Source: Nemertoderma westbladi
Lineage: Eukaryota; Animalia; Xenacoelomorpha
Assembly: GCA_032718475.1 (NCBI GenBank)
Contig: JAUCBJ010001183.1
Coordinates: forward strand, 8,773 to 72,772
Direction of reading: 5' to 3'
DNA: 64,000 nucleotides
The notes under the pieces are model-generated. The model searched no databases. It saw only the letters and a program-made list of their open reading frames with translations, and was not told where the DNA came from. Made by a program: the position numbers and the translations under genes. Shown here piece after piece: positions 54,201 through 64,000 of this stretch (position 1 is its first letter; each line of letters opens with the position of its first letter).

Positions 54201-55290
54201 AGTAGAGTAAACAAAACTTAGAGTGCTGTGTGAACCCGGTAGATGAGTAGTAGAGTAAACAAAACTTAGAGTGCTGTGTGAACCCGGTAGATGAGTAGTA
54301 GAGTAAACAAAACTTAGAGTGCTGTGTGAACCCGGTAGATGAGTAGTAGAGTAAACAAAACGTAGGCTGTGTGAACCCGGTAGCTGAGTAGTAGAGTAAA
54401 CAAAACTTAGAGTGCTGTGTGAACCCGGTAGATGAGTAGTAGAGTAAACAAAACTTAGAGTGCTGTGTGAACCCGGTAGATGAGTAGTAGAGTAAACAAA
54501 ACTTAGAGTGCTGTGTGAATCCGGTAGATGAGTAGTAGAGTAAACAAAACTTAGAGTTCTGTGTGAACCCGGTAGATGAGTAGTAGAGTAAACACAACTC
54601 TGAGTGCTGTGTGAACCCGGTAGATGAGTAGTAGAGTAAACACAACTTTGAGTGCTGTGTGAACCCGGTAGATGAGTAGTAGAGTAAACAAAACTTAGAG
54701 TGCTATGTGAACCCGGTAGATGAGTAGTAGAGTAAACAAAACTTAGAGTGCTGTGTGAACCCGGTAGATGAGTAGTAGAGTAAACAAAACTTAGAGTGCT
54801 GTGTGAACCTGGTAGATGAGTAGTAGAGTAAACAAAACTTTGAGTGCTGTGTGAACCCGGTAGATGAGTAGTAGAGTAAACAAAACTTTGAGTGCTGTGT
54901 GAACCCGGTAGATGAGTAGTAGAGTAAACAAAACTTAGAGTGCTGTGTGAACCCGGTAGATGAGTAGTAGAGTAAACAAAACTTTGAGTGCTGTGTGAAC
55001 CCGGTAGATGAGTACTAGAGTAAACAAATCTTTGAGTGCTGTGTGAACCCGGTAGATGAGTAGTAGAGTAAACAAAACTTTGAGTGCTATGTGAACCCGG
55101 TAGATGAGTAGTAGAGTAAACAAAACTTAGAGTGCTGTGTGAACCCGGTAGATGAGTAGTAGAGTAAACAAAACGCTATGTGAACCTGGTAGATGAGTAG
55201 TAGAGTAAACAAAACTTAGAGTGGTGTGTGAACCCGGTAGATGAGTAGTAGAGTAAACAAAACTTAGAGTGCTGTGTGAACCCGGTAGAT
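48250..55290. repeat. 4148-bp-offset duplication (~2.9 kb shared block)
   Basis: The GTACTAG..AAATCTTT unit occurs near 50866 and 55014, and GAATCCGG near 50372 and 54520. ORF-track pairs 50497/54645, 50787/54935 and 49307/53455 are all offset by 4148. Boundaries approximate. Confidence 0.85.
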
Positions 55291-55449
55291 GAGTAGTAGA
55301 GCAAACAAAACTTTGAGTGCTGTGTGAACCCGGTAGATGAATAGTAAAGTAAACAAAACTTAGAGTGCTGTGTGAACCCGGTAGATGAGTAGTAGAGTAA
55401 ACAAAACTTAGAGTGCTGTGTGAACCCGGTAGATGAGTAGTAGAGTAAA

Positions 55450-58400
55450 CAAAACTTAGAGTGCTATGTGAACCCGGTAGATGAGTAGTAGAGTAAAAAA
55501 AACGCTATGTGAAACTGGTAGATGAGTAGTAGAGTAAACAAAGCTTAGAGTGCTGTGTGAACCCGGTAGATGAGTAGTAGAGTAAACAAAACTTAGAGTG
55601 CTGTGTGAACCCGGTAGATGAGTAGTAGAGTAAACAAAACTTTGAGTGCTGTGTGAACCCGGTAGATGAGTAGTAGAGTAAACAAAACTTAGAGTGGTGT
55701 GTGAACCCGGTAGATGAGTAGTAGAGTAAACAAAACTTTGAGTGCTGTGTGAACCCGGTAGATGAGTAGTAGAGTAAACAAAACTTAGAGTGCTGTGTGA
55801 ACCCGGTAGAGGAGTAGTAGAGTAAACAAAACTTTGAGTGCTGTGTGAACCCGGTAGATGAGTAGTAGAGTAAACAAAACTCTAGAGTGGTGTGTGAACC
55901 CGGTAGCTGAGTAGTAGAGTAAACAAAACGTAGAGTGCTGTGTGAACCCGGTAGCTGAGTAGTAGAGTAAACAAAACTTAGAGTGGTGTGTGAACCCGGT
56001 AGCTGAGTAGTAGAGTAAACAAAACTTAGAGTGGTGTGTGAACCCGGTAGCTGAGTAGTAGAGTAAACAAAACGTAGAGTGCTGTGTGAACCCGGTAGCT
56101 GAGTAGTAGAGTAAACAAAACGTAGAGTGCTGTGTGAACCCGGTAGATGAGTAGTAGAGTAAACAAAACTTTGAGTGCTGTGTGAACCCGGTAGCTGAGT
56201 AGTAGAGTAAACAAAACGTAGAGTGCTGTGTGAACCCGGTAGCTGAGTAGTAGAGTAAACAAAACGTAGAGTGCTGTGTGAACCCGGTAGATGAGTAGTA
56301 GAGTAAACAAAACGTAGAGTGCTGTGTGAACCCGGTAGATGAGTAGTAGAGTAAACAAAACTTAGAGTGCTGTGTGAACCCGGTAGATGGGTAGTAGAGT
56401 AAACAAAACTTAGAGTGCTGTGTGAACCCGGTAGATGAGTAGTAGAGTAAACAAAACTTAGAGTTCTGTGTGAACCCGGTAGATGAGTAGTAGAGTAAAC
56501 AAAACTTTGAGTGCTGTGTGAACCCGGTAGCTGAGTAGTAGAGTATACAAAACTTAGAGTGCTGTGTGAACCTGGTAGATGAGTAGTAGAGTAAACAAAA
56601 CTTCGAGTGCTGTGTGAACCCGGTAGAGGAGTAGTAGAGTAAACAAAACTTAGAGTGCTGTGTGAACCCGGTAGATGAGTAGTAGAGTGCTGTGTGAACC
56701 TGGTAGCTGAGTAGTAGAGTAAACAAAACTTTGAGTGCTGTGTGAACCCGGTAGATGAGTAGTAGAGTAAACAAAACTTAGAGTGCTGTGTGAACCCGGT
56801 AGATGAGTAGTAGAGTAAACAAAACTTAGAGTTCTGTGTGAACCCGGTAGATGAGTAGTAGAGTAAACAAAACTTTGAGTGCTGTGTGAACCCGGTAGCT
56901 GAGTAGTAGAGTAAACAAAACTTAGAGTGCTGTGTGAACCTGGTAGATGAGTAGTAGAGTAAACAAAACTTAGAGTGCTGTGTGAACCCGGTAGAGGAGT
57001 AGTAGAGTAAACAAAACTTAGAGTGCTGTGTGAACCCGGTAGATGAGTAGTAGAGTGCTGTGTGAACCTGGTAGCTGAGTAGTAGAGTAAACAAAACTTT
57101 GAGTGCTGTGTGAACCCGGTAGATGAGTAGTAGAGTAAACAAAACGTAGGCTGTGTGAACCCGGTAGAGGAGTAGTAGAGTAAACAAAACTTAGAGTGCT
57201 GTGTGAACCCGGTAGATGAGTAGTAGAGTAAACAAAACTTAGAGTGCTGTGTGAACCCGGTAGATGAGTAGTAGTGTAAACAAAACTTTGAGTGCTGTGT
57301 GAACCCGGTAGATGAGTAGTAGAGTAAACAAAACGTAGGCTGTGTGAACCCGGTAGAGGAGTAGTAGAGTAAACAAAACTTAGAGTGCTGTGTGAACCCG
57401 GTAGATGGGTAGTAGAGTAAACAAAACTTAGAGTGCTGTGTGAACCCGGTAGATGAGTAGTAGAGTAAACAAAACTTAGAGTGCTGTGTGAACCCGGTAG
57501 ATGAGTAGTAGAGTAAACAAAACGTAGGCTGTGTGAACCCGGTAGAGGAGTAGTAGAGTAAACAAAAGTTAGAGTGCTGTGTGAACCCGGTAGATGAGTA
57601 GTAGAGTAAACAAAACTTAGAGTGCTATGTGAACCCGGTAGATGAGTAGTAGAGTAAAAAAAACGCTATGTGAACCTGGTAGATGAGTAGTAGAGTAAAC
57701 AAAGCTTAGAGTGCTGTGTGAACCCGGTAGATGAGTAGTAGAGTAAACAAAACTTAGAGTGCTGTGTGAACCCGGTAGATGAGTAGTAGAGTAAACAAAA
57801 CTTTGAGTGCTGTGTGAACCCGGTAGATGAGTAGTAGAGTAAACAAAACTTAGAGTGGTGTGTGAACCCGGTAGATGAGTAGTAGAGTAAACAAAACTTT
57901 GAGTGCTGTGTGAACCCGGTAGATGAGTAGTAGAGTAAACAAAACTTAGAGTGCTGTGTGAACCCGGTAGAGGAGTAGTAGAGTAAACAAAACTTTGAGT
58001 GCTGTGTGAACCCGGTAGATGAGTAGTAGAGTAAACAAAACTCTAGAGTGGTGTGTGAACCCGGTAGCTGAGTAGTAGAGTAAACAAAACGTAGAGTGCT
58101 GTGTGAACCCGGTAGCTGAGTAGTAGAGTAAACAAAACTTAGAGTGGTGTGTGAACCCGGTAGCTGAGTAGTAGAGTAAACAAAACTTAGGGTGGTGTGT
58201 GAACCCGGTAGCTGAGTAGTAGAGTAAACAAAACGTAGTGAACCCGGTAGATGAGTAGTAGAGTAAACAAAACGTAGGCTGTGTGAACCCGGTAGAGGAG
58301 TAGTAGAGTAAACAAAACTTAGAGTGCTGTGTGAACCCGGTAGATGAGTAGTAGAGTAAACAAAACTTAGAGTGCTGTGTGAACCCGGTAGGTGAGTAGT

Positions 58401-61400
58401 AGAGTAAACAAAACTTAGAGTGCTGTGTGAACCCGGTAGATGAGTAGTAGAGTAAACAAAACGTAGGCTGTGTGAACCCGGTAGAGGAGTAGTAGAGTAA
58501 ACAAAATTTAGAGTGCTGTGTGAACCCGGTAGATGAGTAGTAGAGTAAACAAAACTTAGAGTGCTGTGTGAACCCGGTAGATGAGTAGTAGAGTAAACAA
58601 AACTTAGAGTGCTGTGTGAACCCGGTAGAGGAGTAGTAGAGTAAACAAAACTTAGAGTGCTGTGTGAACCCGGTAGATGAGTAGTAGAGTAAACAAAACT
58701 TAGAGTGCTGTGTGAACCCGGTAGATGAATAGTAGAGTAAACAAAACTTAGAGTGCTGTGTGAACCCGGTAGATGAGTAGTAGAGTAAACAAAACTTAGA
58801 GTGCTGTGTGAACCCGGTAGATGAGTAGTAGTGTAAACAAAACTTTGAGTGCTGTGTGAACCCGGTAGATGAGTAGTAGAGTAAACAAAACGTAGGCTGT
58901 GTGAACCCGGTAGAGGAGTAGTAGAGTAAACAAAACTTAGAGTGCTGTGTGAACCCGGTAGATGAGTAGTAGAGTAAACAAAACTTAGAGTGCTGTGTGA
59001 ACCCGGTAGATGAGTAGTAGAGTAAACAAAACTTAGAGTGCTGTGTGAACCCGGTAGATGAGTAGTAGAGTAAACAAAACGTAGGCTGTGTGAACTCGGT
59101 AGAGGAGTAGTAGAGTAAACAAAAGTTAGAGTGCTGTGTGAACCCGGTAGATGAGTAGTAGAGTAAACAAAACTTAGAGTGCTATGTGAACCCGGTAGAT
59201 GAGTAGTAGAGTAAAAAAAACGCTATGTGAACCTGGTAGATGAGTAGTAGAGTAAACAAAGCTTAGAGTGCTGTGTGAACCCGGTAGATGAGTAGTAGAG
59301 TAAACAAAACTTAGAGTGCTGTGTGAACCCGGTAGATGAGTAGTAGAGTAAAAAAAACGCTATGTGAACCTGGTAGATGAGTAGTAGAGTAAACAAAACG
59401 TAGAGTGCTGTGTGAACCCGGTAGATGAGTAGTAGAGTAAACAAAACTTTGAGTGCTGTGTGAACCCGGTAGCTGAGTAGTAGAGTAAACAAAACGTAGG
59501 CTATGTGAACCCGGTAGATGAGTAGTAGAGTAAAAAAAACGCTATGTGAACCTGGTAGATGAGTAGTAGAGTAAACAAAGCTTAGAGTGCTGTGTGAACC
59601 CGGTAGATGAGTAGTAGAGTAAACAAAACTTAGAGTGCTGTGTGAACCCGGTAGATGAGTAGTAGAGTAAAAAAAACGCTATGTGAACCTGGTAGATGAG
59701 TAGTAGAGTAAACAAAACGTAGAGTGCTGTGTGAACCCGGTAGATGAGTAGTAGAGTAAACAAAACTTTGAGTGCTGTGTGAACCCGGTAGATGAGTCGT
59801 AGAGTAAACAAAACGTAGGCTGTGTGAACCCGGTAGAGGAGTAGTAGAGTAAACAAAAGTTAGAGTGCTGTGTGAACCCGGTAGATGAGTAGTAGAGTAA
59901 ACAAAACTTAGAGTGCTATGTGAACCCGGTAGATGAGTAGTAGAGTAAAAAAAACGCTATGTGAACCTGGTAGATGAGTAGTAGAGTAAACAAAGCTTAG
60001 AGTGCTGTGTGAACCCGGTAGATGAGTAGTAGAGTAAACAAAACTTAGAGTGCTATGTGAACCCGGTAGATGAGTAGTAGAGTAAAAAAAACGCTACGTG
60101 AACCTGGTAGATGAGTAGTAGAGTAAACAAAACGTAGAGTGCTGTGTGAACCCGGTAGATGAGTAGTAGAGTAAACAAAACTTTGAGTGCTGTGTGAACC
60201 CGGTAGCTGAGTAGTAGAGTAAACAAAACAGTAGAGTGCTGTGTGAACCCGGTAGCTGAGTAGTAGAGTAAACAAAACGTAGAGTGCTGTGTGAACCCGG
60301 TAGATGAGTAGTAGAGTAAACAAAACGTAGAGTGCTGTGTGAACCCGGTAGATGAGTAGTAGAGTAAACAAAACTTAGAGTGCTGTGTGAACCCGGTAGA
60401 TGAGTAGTAGAGTAAACAAAACTTAGAGTGCTGTGTGAACCCGGTAGATGAGTAGTAGAGTAAACAAAACTTAGAGTTCTGTGTGAACCCGGTAGATGAG
60501 TAGTAGAGTAAACAAAACTTTGAGTGCTGTGTGAACCCGGTAGCTGAGTAGTAGAGTATACAAAACTTAGAGTGCTGTGTGAACCTGGTAGATGAGTAGT
60601 AGAGTAAACAAAACTTCGAGTGCTGTGTGAACCCGGTAGAGGAGTAGTAGAGTAAACAAAACTTAGAGTGCTGTGTGAACCCGGTAGATGAGTAGTAGAG
60701 TGCTGTGTGAACCTGGTAGCTGAGTAGTAGAGTAAACAAAACTTTGAGTGCTGTGTGAACCCGGTAGATGAGTAGTAGAGTAAACAAAACTTAGAGTGCT
60801 GTGTGAACCCGGTAGATGAGTAGTAGAGTAAACAAAACTTAGAGTGCTGTGTGAACCCGGTAGATGAGTAGTAGAGTAAACAAAACTTAGAGTGCTGTGT
60901 GAACCCGGTAGATGAGTAGTAGAGTAAACAAAACGTAGGCTGTGTGAACCCGGTAGAGGAGTAGTAGAGTAAACAAAAGTTAGAGTGCTGTGTGAACCCG
61001 GTAGATGAGTAGTAGAGTAAACAAAACTTAGAGTGCTATGTGAACCCGGTAGATGAGTAGTAGAGTAAAAAAAACGCTATGTGAACCTGGTAGATGAGTA
61101 GTAGAGTAAACAAAGCTTAGAGTGCTGTGTGAACCCGGTAGATGAGTAGTAGAGTAAACAAAACTTAGAGTGCTGTGTGAACCCGGTAGATGAGTAGTAG
61201 AGTAAACAAAACTTTGAGTGCTGTGTGAACCCGGTAGATGAGTAGTAGAGTAAACAAAACTTAGAGTGGTGTGTGAACCCGGTAGATGAGTAGTAGAGTA
61301 AACAAAACTTTGAGTGCTGTGTGAACCCGGTAGATGAGTAGTAGAGTAAACAAAACTTAGAGTGCTGTGTGAACCCGGTAGAGGAGTAGTAGAGTAAACA

Positions 61401-63180
61401 AAACTTTGAGTGCTGTGTGAACCCGGTAGATGAGTAGTAGAGTAAACAAAACTCTAGAGTGGTGTGTGAACCCGGTAGCTGAGTAGTAGAGTAAACAAAA
61501 CGTAGAGTGCTGTGTGAACCCGGTAGCTGAGTAGTAGAGTAAACAAAACTTAGAGTGGTGTGTGAACTGGGTAGCTGAGTAGTAGAGTAAACAAAACTTA
61601 GAGTGGTGTGTGAACCCGGTAGCTGAGTAGTAGAGTAAACAAAACGTAGAGTGCTGTGTGAACCCGGTAGCTGAGTAGTAGAGTAAACAAAACGTAGAGT
61701 GCTGTGTGAACCCGGTAGATGAGTAGTAGAGTAAACAAAACTTTGAGTGCTGTGTGAACCCGGTAGCTGAGTAGTAGAGTAAACAAAACGTAGAGTGCTG
61801 TGTGAACCCGGTAGCTGAGTAGTAGAGTAAACAAAACGTAGATTGCTGTGTGAACCCGGTAGATGAGTAGTAGAGTAAACAGAACGTAGAGTGCTGTGTG
61901 AACCCGGTAGATGAGTAGTAGAGTAAACAAAACTTAGAGTGCTGTGTGAACCTGGTAGATGAGTAGTAGAGTAAACAAAACTTAGAGTGCTGTGTGAACC
62001 CGGTAGATGAGTAGTAGAGTAAACAAAACTTAGAGTTCTGTGTGAACCCGGTAGATGAGTAGTAGAGTAAACAAAACTTTGAGTGCTGTGTGAACCCGGT
62101 AGCTGAGTAGTAGAGTATACAAAACTTAGAGTGCTGTGTGAACCTGGTAGATGAGTAGTAGAGTAAACAAAACTTCGAGTGCTGTGTGAACCCGGTAGAG
62201 GAGTAGTAGAGTAAACAAAACTTAGAGTGCTGTGTGAACCCGGTTGATGAGTAGTAGAGTGCTGTGTGAACCTGGTAGCTGAGTAGTAGAGTAAACAAAA
62301 CTTTGAGTGCTGTGTGAACCCGGTAGATGAGTAGTAGAGTAAACAAAACTTAGAGTGCTGTGTGAACCCGGTAGATGAGTAGTAGAGTAAACAAAACTTA
62401 GAGTTCTGTGTGAACCCGGTAGATGAGTAGTAGAGTAAACAAAACTTTGAGTGCTGTGTGAACCCGGTAGCTGAGTAGTAGAGTAAACAAAACTTAGAGT
62501 GCTGTGTGAACCTGGTAGATGAGTAGTAGAGTAAACAAAACTTAGAGTGCTGTGTGAACCCGGTAGAGGAGTAGTAGAGTAAACAAAACTTAGAGTGCTG
62601 TGTGAACCCGGTAGATGAGTAGTAGAGTGCTGTGTGAACCTGGTAGCTGAGTAGTAGAGTAAACAAAACTTTGAGTGCTGTGTGAACCCGGTAGATGAGT
62701 AGTAGAGTAAACAAAACGTAGGCTGTGTGAACCCGGTAGAGGAGTAGTAGAGTAAACAAAACTTAGAGTGCTGTGTGAACCCGGTAGATGAGTAGTAGAG
62801 TAAACAAAACTTAGAGTGCTGTGTGAACCCGGTAGATGAGTAGTAGTGTAAACAAAACTTTGAGTGCTGTGTGAACCCGGTAGATGAGTAGTAGAGTAAA
62901 CAAAACGTAGGCTGTGTGAACCCGGTAGAGGAGTAGTAGAGTAAACAAAACTTAGAGTGCTGTGTGAACCCGGTAGATGAGTAGTAGAGTAAACAAAACT
63001 TAGAGTGCTGTGTGAACCCGGTAGATGAGTAGTAGAGTAAACAAAACTTAGAGTGCTGTGTGAACCCGGTAGATGAGTAGTAGAGTAAACAAAACGTAGG
63101 CTGTGTGAACCCGGTAGAGGAGTAGTAGAGTAAACAAAAGTTAGAGTGCTGTGTGAACCCGGTAGATGAGTAGTAGAGTA
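55450..63180. repeat. 5572-bp-offset duplication (~55.45-57.6 kb repeated at ~61.0-63.2 kb) with partial copies between
   Basis: GTATAC variant at 56546/62118 (also ~60559) and ACTCTAGAGT unit at 55876/61448. ORF pairs 55505/61077, 55785/61357 and 56026/61598 share the offset. Boundaries approximate. Confidence 0.85.
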
Positions 63181-64000
63181 AACAAAACTTAGAGTGCTGT
63201 GTGAACCCGGTAGATGAGTAGTAGAGTAAACAAAACTTAGAGTGCTGTGTGAACCCGGTAGAGGAGTAGTAGAGTAAACAAAACTTAGAGTGCTGTGTGA
63301 ACCCGGTAGATGAGTAGTAGAGTAAACAAAACTTAGAGTGCTGTGTGAACCCGGTAGATGAGTAGTAGAGTAAACAAAACTTAGAGTGCTGTGTGAACCC
63401 GGTAGATGAGTAGTAGTGTAAACAAAACTTTGAGTGCTGTGTGAACCCGGTAGATGAGTAGTAGAGTAAACAAAACGTAGGCTGTGTGAACCCGGTAGAT
63501 GAGTAGTAGAGTAAACAAAACTTAGAGTGCTGTGTGAACCCGGTAGATGAGTAGTAGAGTAAACAAAACTTAGAGTGCTATGTGAACCCGGTAGATGAGT
63601 AGTAGAGTAAAAAAAACGCTATGTGAACCTGGTAGATGAGTAGTAGAGTAAACAAAGCTTAGAGTGCTGTGTGAACCCGGTAGATGAGTAGTAGAGTAAA
63701 CAAAACTTAGAGTGCTGTGTGAACCCGGTAGATGAGTAGTAGAGTAAACAAAACTTTGAGTGCTGTGTGAACCCGGTAGATGAGTAGTAGAGTAAACAAA
63801 ACTTTGAGTGCTGTGTGAACCCGGTAGATGAGTAGTAGAGTAAACAAAACGTAGGCTGTGTGAACCCGGTAGAGGAGTAGTAGAGTAAACAAAACTTAGA
63901 GTGCTGTGTGAACCCGGTAGATGAGTAGTAGAGTAAACAAAACTTAGAGTGCTGTGTGAACCCGGTAGCTGAGTAGTAGAGTAAACAAAACTTTGAGTGC

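Larger units (their letters stand above)
490..64000. repeat. 48-bp tandem satellite/minisatellite array (>63.5 kb, truncated by window end)
   Basis: Continuous head-to-tail copies of AAAACTTAGAGTGCTGTGTGAACCCGGTAGATGAGTAGTAGAGTAAAC from 490/491 to the end, in one orientation. Consensus composition is A17 C6 G14 T11. Most units differ from consensus by 0-2 substitutions. Confidence 0.99.

Noticed and set aside
58187-58192. TTAGGG hexamer, and the TTAGAG resemblance to the canonical telomere repeat
   Set aside because: It is a single point variant within a 48-mer, with no tandem telomeric hexamers.
428-63892. All minus-strand ORFs in the track (up to 1334 aa) as repeat, mucin-like or surface proteins
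   Set aside because: They arise because 48 is divisible by 3 and two frames lack stops. They start at repeat-internal TTG codons, overlap in several frames, swap frames at 32/41/43/49-bp units, and have no unique N- or C-terminal domains.
490-64000. CRISPR array (32-48 bp periodicity with an AT-rich leader-like flank)
   Set aside because: There are no unique spacers, since units are directly tandem, and no cas genes in the window.
490-64000. Whole array as an amplification or sequencing concatemer artefact
   Set aside because: Rare substitutions are shared at exact multi-kb offsets in nested, diverged blocks and are spatially stratified. This indicates evolutionary history rather than random error, although individual copy numbers still need read support.
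490-64000. 48-mer as an ancient 3x16-bp repeat, or containing a CENP-B box
   Set aside because: Only two of the three 16-bp thirds share TAGAGT and the middle third does not align. There is no match to the CENP-B box consensus.

Overview
About 99% of this window (490-64000, running off the right edge) is one head-to-tail tandem array of a 48-bp monomer, consensus AAAACTTAGAGTGCTGTGTGAACCCGGTAGATGAGTAGTAGAGTAAAC. That is roughly 1,330-1,350 units by length. I saw no inversions or inserted unique sequence. The array contains recurrent length variants (32, 41, 43, 45 and 49 bp, plus singletons) and diagnostic substitutions. These define nested higher-order duplications (about 189, 971, 2141/2237, 2651, 4148, 4.3-4.4 kb, 5572 and 12385 bp offsets) and a left-to-right succession of variant 'strata'. 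Only 1-489 is unique. It holds a short frame that may be a gene 3' end, a 10-bp hairpin, AT-rich sequence, and a CpG-rich self-complementary segment directly abutting the first monomer. All ORFs in the supplied track are artefacts of the 48-bp period. The window looks like the border of a young, probably eukaryotic and possibly methylated satellite array. I find no protein-coding system or CRISPR here, and I do not recognise the satellite family. The most testable leads are the abrupt array junction, the duplication architecture and the mutational signatures.
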